From Raillietiella orientalis (Eukaryota), in NCBI GenBank assembly GCA_036172245.1, contig JAYWIR010000002.1:5580001-5644000 (forward strand): DNA of 64,000 bases, read 5' to 3'. The translations under genes were made by a program, and so were the position numbers. The notes below the pieces were generated by a model. It worked only from the letters and a program-made list of their open reading frames with translations. It did not search any database and was not told the DNA's origin. Numbering within the stretch: the first letter of the stretch is position 1; every line of letters begins with the position of its first letter. This document shows, piece by piece, positions 25,514 through 36,592 of this stretch.

Positions 25514-28500
25514 ATGCGACAGCGTTCGCAGTGTTGCACTCTGCCCCTACCTTGTTAGAACCCAGAACGCCATATTGTTCCTGTTCATAATCTCAAGGGC
25601 ATTCCAGATAATATTTCGATCTGCATCCGATGCGTGTCTTCGGTGTTATGTCCAACCGAATGAGATGCAGCTTCCGTGAAAAAACCTCATTTTTTTCTTA
25701 CCAGACGTAAAACCATTTCCTCCCTAACCATGCTTGATCCACTGTCATCTTTCTCTGCAAATGTGTCGCACAATTACCATCTTCCCCCCTCCCCCCGTCT
25801 TCTGCTGGCAATGGACCAGGCACGAAGTATTAGATCATTCTAGTTATTAAAGTGACAGACGCTGCAGCGTCCAATAAAGTTTTTATCAGAAATTTTTATT
25901 AACACGGCACACAACGGTTCCAGGATGGTCAACGAACCAGAAAATACGGACAGCCATTCCCACTCCTTGTGGTCAGAAGTGTGTGGTTATTAATAAGGAA
26001 GGGACGGCTCAGATTTGGAACACCCGAAAGCGTGCTCCGGTGTGCACCCTGAAAGGTGAGCATTTTGCGTGCCCCCTGCGTGCACCCGCGAGGGGACGGG
26101 TGCTCTTCCGCGTGCAAGGTGACCAGCCTTCCCGCCTGCACAGCCGCGCTGAGGGAATTTTCTCGCTTCCCGGAAACGGGCGTTCGCCTTCTCTCAACAG
26201 CTCCCGCTTTCGCTGCTCTCGGAAGAGCGTCCTTGCCTGCACCGTAAGAGGTCACGCGCCCTCTTTCCGCAGCCAAGGCGATGGGGTTATTAACGAGCTT
26301 TCGCGACGAAATTAACAGCGATAAGGAGAAAACAAAAGCAGTGGGAAATGAAATTCCTTTCCCCATTTCCCTCAAAAAAAAAAAAAAAAAAAGGAAAGAA
26401 GGGAAGAAGCAAAAAAAAAAATAAGGACAAAACATCGTGCGTTCGCGCTTCCCCCTTCCCTTTCAGAGCGTAGACTCGCTCCATCCCTTCCGCTCCGTAC
26501 CTGAGCCGAAAATAAATCACTCGTTACGCTGTTCCGCCATTAACTCGTTCATCGATCAGCCTCGACATCGGAGTTCTGTTTGTTCTTCGGGTCCTCATGG
26601 AGACGGTTGCTTCGCAGCCGGGATTCGCGTGGTCTCGGAACACGAAGGGCAGAGATGCTTAATGCTGGCTTCCGCGACCAGACACATGCGTGCTCGGCCC
26701 GTGCAAGTCGCTGGCGTGCATCACGGGGTCCAATGGCTCTCGGGGAGGAGAGGGGTCGCTGCAGCTTCCGCTTTCAGCCGCGCGCGCCGGGCTTCACGCC
26801 GCCTTCCTCGCTGTTTCCTCCAGGAAGCCGCGCTCCCTCTTCTCCGCTTTCCGTGACCAACCGACCGCTCTCTGCAATACTTCCCGGAAATGCGGGAGTC
26901 TCCCTCCTGGCGGTCGCTGCGCTCCTCTTCCGAAGGACCGGCAGGAGAGGGGGCGCCCGAGCTCCGGCCGTGTCCGCTGCCGCCTCTGTGCCGGTTCGAC
27001 CCCTGAGGCCCATGGGTCGCCTTTTCCCCGTCGGGGTGCAGGGAGGCCCATTTCCTAGGAGCGGTCCTTTCCCGGGACCCCGCTGGCACCTCCGCTGTCC
27101 ACTGGGATTTCCCCTCCTTCCCGGGGAGGACTCGAGTGTCTCCTCCGAAGGTATACACTCCTGAGGGCATCGGGTCCACAGTTGCAGCAGTTTCCCCCCC
27201 TCCGGGCTGGACTGTGGTCGATGAGACCACTTGAGGCACTGAGGATCCCTCTGGGACACGTCCATGGACAACGCAGAGGACTTGTCCTTCCCCTCTTTAT
27301 TCCCTCCAGCCCAGCAAGTGCGTCCACGGGAACCCCCGAGCCATTCGGGTGACCCCTTCCGCCTGAACTGCATCTGCTCTGGCTGCTCGTCTCGCCCTCC
27401 GAAACAACGACCCCTCTCCTCTCCTAGAGATGCGGCTGCCGGCTCCGGGAACGCAAGGAAGAGGGCGACGTCTGGACTTGCCGCCGTGCCATCCGCAGAG
27501 AGAGTCCCTGGCTTGATCCGCCGATCGCGAACGGCCCTGGGGGTGTCTTCCGGAGTCGACTCAGAGGGTCATCTGGGCCTCTGACTCTTGGGTGGGCCCG
27601 GGTGGCAGGTGGTAGCCCGCTTCGTTCCCGGCTGACACCTGCCGTCGGGCAACTCGATACCGCCCGCTTTGCTCCGTCCCCTCCTGTCCCGCCCAGCGCC
27701 TCTCTCCTAGCTCCCGGAGGCACCGCACGAAAGACATCCGTCCTCTTCCACCCGGAAGCAGCCCTAGTGGCTCCTCATCGCCCTACTGGGGGCTGCGGCT
27801 GCTACTGCGGAGGACCCGTTTCTCCTCCTCCTTTCCGAGGGCCACAAAGGCCACCCAGGGGCCATCCGAACAGCGCACGGCATCCCGGGAAGGGGCGAGT
27901 CATTCCATCGCAACCGAGCTGGCGAGGTCAGGTAGCTGGGGCCCGCAGCCGCGGGGGCCAGCAAGCGCTTGAAAGCGGAGGAGGTGACGTCGGCGCTCAC
28001 GCAGTCGGGGAATCCGGCGGGGGGAATGGTAGGGTCAGCCGGAGGGGGGATAGGGAACGCATCTCCAGCGACCTCGGCTGAACGCTCCGCGCCAACCCAT
28101 GTGACCACGTGGACCCCGCCCAGTGACTTCTCCCTACGAGGAAGACCCTTCGTTTCCGTAGGGGGCACGCCGAGGGTCATTTGCGGGTCGGGTCCGGTGT
28201 CTCGGAAGGTGTTTGCCCTTCCTGCCTTCCTCGCGCGCGCACATCGGGCTGCAAGAGCTCAAGGTGCCTGAGGGGTGCGCACGGCTCCTCCCCTCCTCTC
28301 TTCCAGACCAGAGGTCCATCCAGTGCGTCCACGTGACCTCCAGCGGACGCTTCCTGTTGACTGGCGCAGAGGACACCTCGGTCGCCGTGTGGGACACCGC
28401 GACCTGGAAGCTCCTCCACAGATTCTGGTACTGCCGACTGGGGTCTCCCCGGTTCTTCCTTCCCTCCTGTCCCAGGGCATGCCAACACCCGTTGGCGGCG

Positions 28501-31500
28501 CTGCAAATGGTCCCTCATGAAGAGGGGAGGGAACGACCCACCGGGGGCCCCGACCACTCCCTGGTCGGGAGCAGCGCGCGCGCGTCGCCCGTCAGGACTC
28601 ACCGCCGCCTCGTGAGGGCACGCCCTCTAATCAGCGCCGTGCTATTACCCCTAGAAGGGGACGGAGGCAAGGACGAGTGGAACCCTCCGGGCCTCGGTTC
28701 TTCAGCCCCAAAGGCAACGTCAGCCGTGCCGAGGGCGCCTGCCAAAGCCAGGGGTTGTTCCGCGTCCTGGGGCGATTCGCTCGCTGCCAGCCGAAGGGCC
28801 TTTCCTAAGCTCTTCGGCCGCCGCAGATGATCCCTGGGTCTCGCCCCCCCCTGCATCTTCCAGGGGCTGCGGCGGCGGCCGGAGGGAATCAAAGGCGGCC
28901 CTCTCCCCTCCCCCCCTCCTCTTGTTCTTCCCCTGTAGCTGGGTTCCCTCTGCAGTGAGCACATCGCTCCCGTGACCTGCTTGACCTCCAACCGGGACGG
29001 ATCCACGTTCTGCAGCGGCGGGGAGGACAGCCGGATCATCGCGTACTCCATGCTGAGGAAGGAAGCTGCGGCCAAGCTGGACCACCACCGCGGACCGTTG
29101 ACGTGCCTGGCCATCAGCTCGGGCGAGGACATCCTGGCGGCCGGTAGGGGTGCGGGCACGGGGCGTCCTCGGGGAGGCAGCGGACGCGCCCACAGGCTCT
29201 CAGGACGGAACCGTCTCGCTGTGGTCCATGGACGCCTTCTCCCTGCTCAGCAGTGTGGACGTCCACTCCCCCGTGCGCTCCCTCCTCATCTCCTACGATG
29301 ATATCTTCCTGGTGGTCAGCTGTTCCGATGACAGCATCCTCATCAAGTCTCTGGCCACGGGGTCGGACGTCCACTGCATCCGCAAGCACATCTCCAAGGT
29401 AATGCCGCGGAGGAAGAGGGCTGGGGAGACTCTCGGACGCCGGAGGGGAGCCGCAGCCTCCCAGGCCGCGCAGCTACCGGCGGCGTCGCCTTTCCTCCTC
29501 TTCCTCCTCCCCTTTTTTGCAGGTGAACTCCATGGACGCGTCCCACGACAACCAGAGGCTAGCGGTCGGGTGCAGCGACGGTAACGTCTACACATTCGAC
29601 ATCAAGACCACGGCCCTGGTGAAGGTGATTTCGACCGGCAACTCCAGCCCGATCACCGGACTCAAGGTCACGAGCGACGACACTTTTCTGTTCTGCTCAG
29701 GTAGATCATGGGGGCGAGCCCAGTCGACTCCGCAGGGCACCCGTTGCCCCCAGACGAGGAGTCACTGTACGTCTACGACTTCGTGCCCGACCCGGTGCTG
29801 AACCGCAGCTACCTGCCCCCGAGCGAGAGCCCTCTGGGCAAGAGGAACTCCCAGGTCAACCACGACCTGGCCGTCGTGTGCATCGACATGGACCGCGACG
29901 GGACGCTCGCGGCTTCCGGTAAGGGCAAGGGAGGAAGGAGCACCTGGCGCTTCCTCCGCCAGCCAGCGGCGGTTCCTCCTCCGCCCGTCCTCCGCCCCTC
30001 TCCGTCGCCAACGCCCAATTCCCTCCCTCCCTCCTCCCCCTCTTCCCTTCCTGCTCCTCCTCCCTCCCCATCTTTCGCTCCTCTTCCTCCCCTTCTCGCT
30101 CCCCTGCGTCTCCTGGCAACGGGTCCATCGATCCAGCGAGACGTGTCCCTGCGTCGTTAAGGATTCGCGTCTCGTGCCCCGTAACGAACCTGCGGAGGCT
30201 GCTCATCCTGGAGAACTCCCTTCCGCCCCATCAATAAATCCTCCCAGGGGAACGAGACGCTCCCTCATTCCTTCTCGGGGAGCGCGGGGCCGCCCTTCTT
30301 GCGCGCTTTGCCTCCTCGCCTCCCTCTCCGGGACCCCCCCACTCGATGAAGCGAAAGCCGATAAAACTCCAGGGCGGTGTTTCCCATCCTCTCTGAGACC
30401 CCTAGGCCCTGAGGCATGGAGAGTTCCCAGGACGCCCCTCCTCCGGCGCGTGCCTACCACCTCGCCCTCTTCTGCTGCGCCCGCACGGGCGAGACGATTC
30501 GGGGAGGGTCTGCTGACTCCCGCACCCTGCGGGAGGGGGCAACGCCTTGGGCGGTCGCTCCGCAGCGACGAATCGGAGACGGCGGAAGGGGCGAACGGGA
30601 GGGTGCCAAGGAGACGCCTTCCGGCCGCATCCGCAGCGGCTGCCGGCGGCGATGCCTGTCGAAGGTCTCCCCTCGGAAGGGCAAAAGGGCTTGTGCCGGT
30701 CAGCAGCGACATCAGGAAGACCATCGATCCCCGCTGCATCGCCTGCGTGGAAAGAGGAAAAGGGAGCGGCCTCGCCCGGTCGACCCTTCCCTGCGGAAGA
30801 GAGTCGCCCGCCGGCCGGCCGAGAGGACGTCCGCTGGCGAGGCCCACCTCCGAAAGGCGCGGAGGTCTTTCGTTCCCCTCAGGAGGGGGGCAGGGGCCGA
30901 CCGGGATCCCCGGAGATCTAACCCGCCCGCCCTGCCCTTCCAGGTTCCCTGGATTGCCTGGTGAAGGTGTGGCATCTGTCGCGCAACGAGCTGCACTGCA
31001 CCCTCCGGGGGCACGGGGGCTCCGTGACTTCGCTGAGCTTCTCGCCCAACGGCTTGTTCCTGGTCTCCGGCTCCGAAGACACGACCGCCCGGATCTGGGG
31101 GCTGACTCTAGACATGACTGTCCAGGCCTTCAAGGTGAGCTGGGTGTCCCTTCTGAAGTCTCGGCGGATGGAGGGGGGGAGGAAAGGTCAGAGCCGGGTC
31201 GGGATGCACTCCAGAAACCCTCTGAGGCTGTTCCAGATCGCGGAAGTGATCAGCGGCCGACTTCTGAGGAAGGAGGTTCGCAGTGGGGAGGGGAACGCCC
31301 GCGCGCCATCTGTCTCTGGTCAGGCCCCGCTAAACAAAGGATCGCCCCCCGGATCCCATGTGGTCTCTGACCGGTGCGTGTCCCCTTCCCCCCTGCGAGG
31401 CGGGGTGATTCGCTGGTGCGCAGGTCACAAAAAAGACCGGGTTTCCAGGAAGAAGCCCATCTTTCTCCTTCCCGCGGTTTGCCAGCGCCACCGGCGCACC

Positions 31501-34500
31501 CGCGGGCTCCTCGGAACCGGCGTCCCTCGGCAAGATTCCGGAGGGTCAGGTGGAGGCTACCGCCGCCATCTGAGCTCTCCGGAGACGGTGCAGAGTCACT
31601 CGCGTTCACCCTGCGCCGCCACTCGATGGCTTTAAGAAGCAGCTCCCTGGCAACTGCAGTACGCGCCCACTGCCTCCCGCGCTCGACGAAGGACCAAGTC
31701 CTCTCTCTACTCTCTCGTGGGTCCGTCGCATGGACCTCGTGCCCCCTCGGCCCCCGTCCCGTCCCGCCCCCGGGGTTCGGCCGCGGAGGGCTCCTCAGAG
31801 TCCGGACGGGAGGCGCCCGAGGGCCGGCGAAGGGAGCGAAAGGCGGGACTCTTCTTATTGGGGAACGGCAGAGCTTCCGGGGTCAGCGAGCGAGGCAACG
31901 CGCCCCGACCTTTGCAGGGCCACAAGTTCCCCGTCTCCTGCGTAGCGACCTTGGAGGACAACAAGCGCATCGCTTCTGGGGACGTCGACCTCTGTGTCCT
32001 CATCTGGCAGGCGGACTCCTGCGTCATCGTCATGAGGTGCTCCGCCCCGACGTCGTCCATCACGGTGACCCATGACCTACTCCACGTCATCTGTTCCGGG
32101 AACACGCGAAGGCAGGCGCGCGAGCGCCGCGCAGCGCGCGCGCACTGACGGCACCCCTTGCAGCCTGTCCGTGTGGAGCCTCGCCAACCCGGAAGCGCGG
32201 TACCAGGTCTCCCACAACGACAAGATCACGTGCTTCACCGTGACGGCCAATTGCCAGTACCTGATAACGGGGTCCACGGACAGCTCCCTCAAGATGTGGC
32301 TGCTGGAGGGGGGGAAGCTGTCTCAGGTACACTCGCGCGCGAGGGCAGTGGGAGCGGCCCGTCTATTAGCCAGCGCCCTTCTTCCCACAGGGCGGTCCCG
32401 CATGTGGGTCGCGTCTTTCGGGGGCATCGGCTCGCCGCACCCGGAGGAAGAGTCAGCGGTGCACGTGCACCGACTCCCCGCCGCCACTGAGGTCAGCTCG
32501 CGGGGGAGTGGGGAGGAGGAGGGGAAGGAAGGGAGGAAGGGAAGAGAAGGAGAAAGGAAAGAAGAAGGGAAGAGGAGGAGAAAAGGAAGAGGGGGCCGCC
32601 AAAGAGTCCGGGTCTTCCTCTGCCCGGATGCACACGGCGTCGGACGGCTAGCGTTTCCTGATGCACCACTCGTCTTCCTCCGGCGTCGTCTCTGGGCAAC
32701 GACTTTTACTCTGTCCCGTTACCTTGTGCGTTTCGTTTGAGCTTCCCGCCGGCTGCGCCAGCTAAGACCGCAGTTCGTCGTGGCACGGAGATCGATTCCG
32801 GTCTCCAGGCATTGATGTCCTTTTGTGACGTCACATTGCTGCCTCGTAAGAGCGCGGCGGGCCATGCCAATAGCCCCCAGTGTTTCGTCGGGGAGCGCTC
32901 TGGCCTCGAGAGGTACAGCGGCAGCAGCACCCTCTCGGCGACCTCCCGTCCTACCCTCCTCCCTCTCCTCCCATCCATGGAGCTTTGAGTCTCTTCTCGA
33001 AGATCCGCCTCCGGCCCCGGGTTGCCCCATGGACCAACCGCTTGCCGCGTCTCCGGGTCCTCGGAACTTCCCCCTCCGACTCATCCCTACTCCCGAAGCA
33101 ACGTAGAGTTCGCAGCATCCGGAGACGCCTGCCGAGCACGCGCGAGCGCCTGCTCGTGCAGAGACATCTGCATGCGGGGAGGGCAACGAACCAGGAAAGC
33201 GGCTGCGTGCCCCGCTGGAGGCGCAGGCGGCCGAGAGGCATCTCGTCCGAGCGGCCCGAGGGCCTCCCGCGTGCGAGCTGAGTGTTGATTTCAAAGGCGA
33301 AGTGGGGAAACAGGCAGGGGATCCGGGGAAAGAGGGTCCCCTGGGTCGGGCCTCCCCCCGAGAGCGTCCGCACGCCTGTGGCCCTATCAAAAGGCAAGGC
33401 GGGGTCCGCGGTCAGCAACCTTTCTATGCTCCGTCGTGCCGGTCGAGATTCGCACGGAGCGAGGCCGCCCCTCCGCACTCCTGACGACGGAGCCAGTTCG
33501 CTCCTTCCCTAGCCCCCTGCCGGGAGGTCCTCCCGGACCGCGAGGCTCCAGACCGGAGCTTCGTGGGGGCATTCAGCCCGAGGCGACCATCGAAAGGCGT
33601 TGTCATGGCGAAGAAAAAGGGGAAAGGGAGGAGCGCGCGCCCGCCACCTCCATCGGGAGCATTCCGCTTCTTCCCGTGCCGAGTTCTGCGACTTCGAGCC
33701 GGCAGAGGGGGGGAGTGGGGGAGCAGGAACGCCGGCGTCCAGGAGCGTCCCCTTCATTCAGCCCCCTCCTTTGGGTTCCCTGACTCCGACGCCTCCATGT
33801 GACGGTTGTCAAGGGCACAAGAGTCCCAGACCTGCAAGGCGAAAGGGGGACTGACGAAAAAATTGGGGTGGGAGCGGACGGAAGGCAAAGACCAGGATGG
33901 TAACCCTATGGGCGAAGGTTTGGGCGCTGCCGCTGCTGCTAAGGAACGCGGGCCGCCGCAGGGCAGAAAGAAAGCAGACGCAGTCGCGGCCTCCAGCCGA
34001 GGGTTCGGATCAATGGCCCGCGGGCGGGCAGGCGAGGACCGGACTCGCCCACCGGTGCCCCCCTTTCGGTCCGTCAGGGGCGTTCCCCCTTTGCCTCTCC
34101 CGGAGAGGAGGGGCTGCTCTTCCTTCTTGCAGCGGGGTCGCGCGCCCCCGCCGCATGAGCAGCTAGGAGCGGGACCGAAAGCGGCTGCTTTGCCATGAGA
34201 GGCTTTGCCATGGAGGGAGACGAGAGGGATGAGGGAGTGGGCTCCTCCTGCGCGTGACGGTCGTCCGCGCCCTTCTCCAGCTCCTCTTCCCGATGGCGGG
34301 AGTAGCGAACGCGGGAGACGCTGAGCGCGCCTGTCCTGCTGGAGGGGACGCGTCGGGGAGGGCCGGGGCTGCGGAGCTCCTGCAGGCCCCGAAGGGGTCG
34401 TCGACAGAGCAGCGGGGAGGTAAAACGAGGAGCACCCGGGGGAGATCCGCCCTGCCCGCGTGGGCTCGCCAGGCTGACGAGAGGAATCAGCATATCCCGC

Positions 34501-36570
34501 AGGGCCAGCTTGGTTCCCCCGCGCCATCGGATGCCGCATCTCAGGGAGCAGCGAGGGTCGTCGCCGGGAGGGTGGATCCCTGCCGCCGGCCGCGCATGCC
34601 TGCTGCCTCGGGGGTAGAACCCCCTTTCCCTCTGACAACTGACGGGGGAAGCTGCGGGCGGCATCGGCAGACGAGGAGGGGGAGGAGGCGCCTTCGATCC
34701 CATCGATTTCTTTTAACCTCGCATCCGGCAGCCGATACCCGGGCAAAGAGGCGACTGGTGCGGAGCGGACTGCGGCCAGTGCCTGAGGGAGAAGGGGCCA
34801 GCCGGGATTTGGGCGAAGGAAAGGAACGCGGAGGCTTTCCGGCTCGGATGGAGAGAGTTCCGCCTGTCGGCGCAGCGACTCCCTCGGCGGAACCCCGCTC
34901 CGAGGAAGGGAGGGGGAAGATCGCCCGCGCGTGGAAGAGAGCTTGGCGGCCGCGCGCCTGCGTCAAACAGCCCCGACGCCGTTGCGAGCCAGGCCCTCCC
35001 CGCGATGCGTATTGCAGGTCCTGATGGGCCACGAGGAAGAGGTCACGTGCGTCGCGACCTCCCCGTACAACCAGTCCCTTGTCGTGTCTGGCTCGAAGGA
35101 CTGCAGCCTCATCGTGTGGGACGCGGAAGCGGGTGCGGAGGTGTTTGTCCTGGAAAGTCACAGCAAGCCGATCACATCGGTTCAGCTGACGGCCGACGGC
35201 ACCATCGCAGTTTCCGGTAGACCTGCTGGCGCCAACCTGCCGGCTTTTCATTGTTGGTGCCTGTCTTTGTGATGCAAGGTTCCTTGGACTGCATGTTGAT
35301 CGTCTGGAACGTCAGTCAAGGAAGGGTCATAACCCTCTTCAATCTGTACATCCCGATACTGGAGGTCGCCATGTCTTACGAAGCCTCGAGGGTCGTCGTT
35401 CGATTAATCGATAACAAGAATATGCCGATTCTGTGCTTGCACAACACCCCGGCTCAAGGGCTGGCGGAGCTGCTGAAGAAAACCGAATCCGAGAAGCCGA
35501 CGGTGAAGCTGGTGAAACTCGCGGGTGAGCAGCGCACGCTCTTCAGAAAACACTGACTGTTGCTGCCGCCGCACTCAGACACGTCGAGGAAGTACCCCAA
35601 ACTGGAGAAAAGAGGGCTGCTGAAGAAGGAAATATCCCTGGACACGTACACCTGGCAGAGGCGGTACGGCCACATCTGCGCTTCCATCGAAACTCCCCAG
35701 CAGACTTCCTCCGAGGAAATCACGCCACCACAGTCCTCTGCGGCCCAGCAGGTAACCCCGAGGTCGCCCTCGGTTGCTGACAGATGTGCTCTGCACGAGC
35801 ATACTGCGAAATGTCAGCGGCCGTCTTCCTCCTCCTTCCAGCTAGCCGCGCACTTTCTAGAGTACTCGATACTTTAAACCGGCCATGTTCCTTGCACAGC
35901 TAGTGGAAGTGGGGATGGGCCCTTGAGAAAAACAGACAGCAAACACGCGTCGTCAAGATGCACTTTCGCCGCGCAAACAACACGGGCCCTCTGTAGCCAA
36001 GCTGGGCTTCCGGGACCCCACTCCAGAGAAAAAAGAAAAGAAAAAAAGGGGTACACAGACACAGGTGCCGCACAGAGGCGCTTGCGCAGTTTCGAGACAA
36101 CCACGATCGCTTCTTTGATTTGCATCCGCCTTGTTTACACCACGTTTTTTTATTCTTCGCGTGCGCGCAGAGAGCTTTTTCTCCGCGCGCCCTCGGTGCA
36201 CACATCTCCTGGTCCCGAATGACACGCTGGTGACCTTAGGGAGGGAAACGGACTGCCGAGAATCAGGACGAGCACTTCGAGAACTTGCAGGCGACGTGGA
36301 AGAAACTCGATCCGGCCACTCGGAAGAAAAAGTACTTCGCCAACGCGGCCAAATGGAAGGTCAGTTTCACACATCCCGAGGCGGGTGGGGCAAGCCATCT
36401 CGTTCCGTCCGCCGCAGACGTACGACGCCTTGAAAGTGATAACGAATTCCATGAAGGAAACGCTGCCCTCTTTGTCGACCACGTACGAAGGGAGCTGCGG
36501 GGAAGACGCCCTCTTCTCCAACAGAGCCACTAACGTCTACGTGAATTCCAAAATATGCACCATTCTGTGA
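6292..36570 (+). CDS. NACHT and WD40-repeat protein (NWD1/NWD2/qui-1 family), 26 exons, ~1832 aa; the first exon is the least certain
   Basis: Hand-assembled exons with consistent phases: 6292-6360, 6653-6854, 7725-7804, 11279-11392, 15469-15662, 16417-16556, 17023-17426, 18065-19268, 19322-19519, 21406-21513, 23791-24024, 24178-24303, 25924-26055, 28307-28427, 28956-29143, 29196-29398, 29523-29700, 29754-29918, 30944-31134, 31918-32111, 32164-32326, 35018-35216, 35279-35524, 35579-35751, 36240-36359, 36418-36570 (sum 5499 nt). N-terminal motifs RIVVISTFPDFVHERRVL..VIPEL and FYELDENSIPPVY; Walker A GPRGCGKT (18233-18256); Walker B VAVFLDDV; NPLQLAPELIAWL; many GH...GS.D..(V/I)W WD40 repeats. 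Confidence 0.9.
8974..9400 (+). mobile_element. Decayed retroelement gag/ORF1-like relic in intron 3 of the NACHT-WD40 gene
   Basis: CFLCDGPFHHRADF is CX2CX4HX4C with the last Cys changed to Phe (TGC>TTC). It is followed by a repeat reading NNGGRPSRSR in one + frame. GC is lower than in the flanks. Confidence 0.4.
9143..9275. repeat. 42-bp tandem repeat, ~3 copies
   Basis: caacaatggagggcgcccgtctcggtctcgt at 9158 and 9200; a diverged copy starts at 9242. Confidence 0.9.
22566..22716. other. 151-bp AT-rich island (17 G+C of 151) bounded by TGATGT...ACATCA
   Basis: Direct count. Internal direct repeat tatgttacat (22591, 22611) and a (TTAA)n run; the flanks are strongly GC-rich. Confidence 0.9.
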
Positions 36571-36592
36571 CCGGAGATTTCGAATTCAGATG

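Noticed and set aside
76..35000. Numerous long overlapping R/P/G/A-rich ORFs on both strands
   Set aside because: Expected from stop-codon scarcity at high GC; no domain motifs; the real coding signal is explained by the spliced NACHT-WD40 gene.
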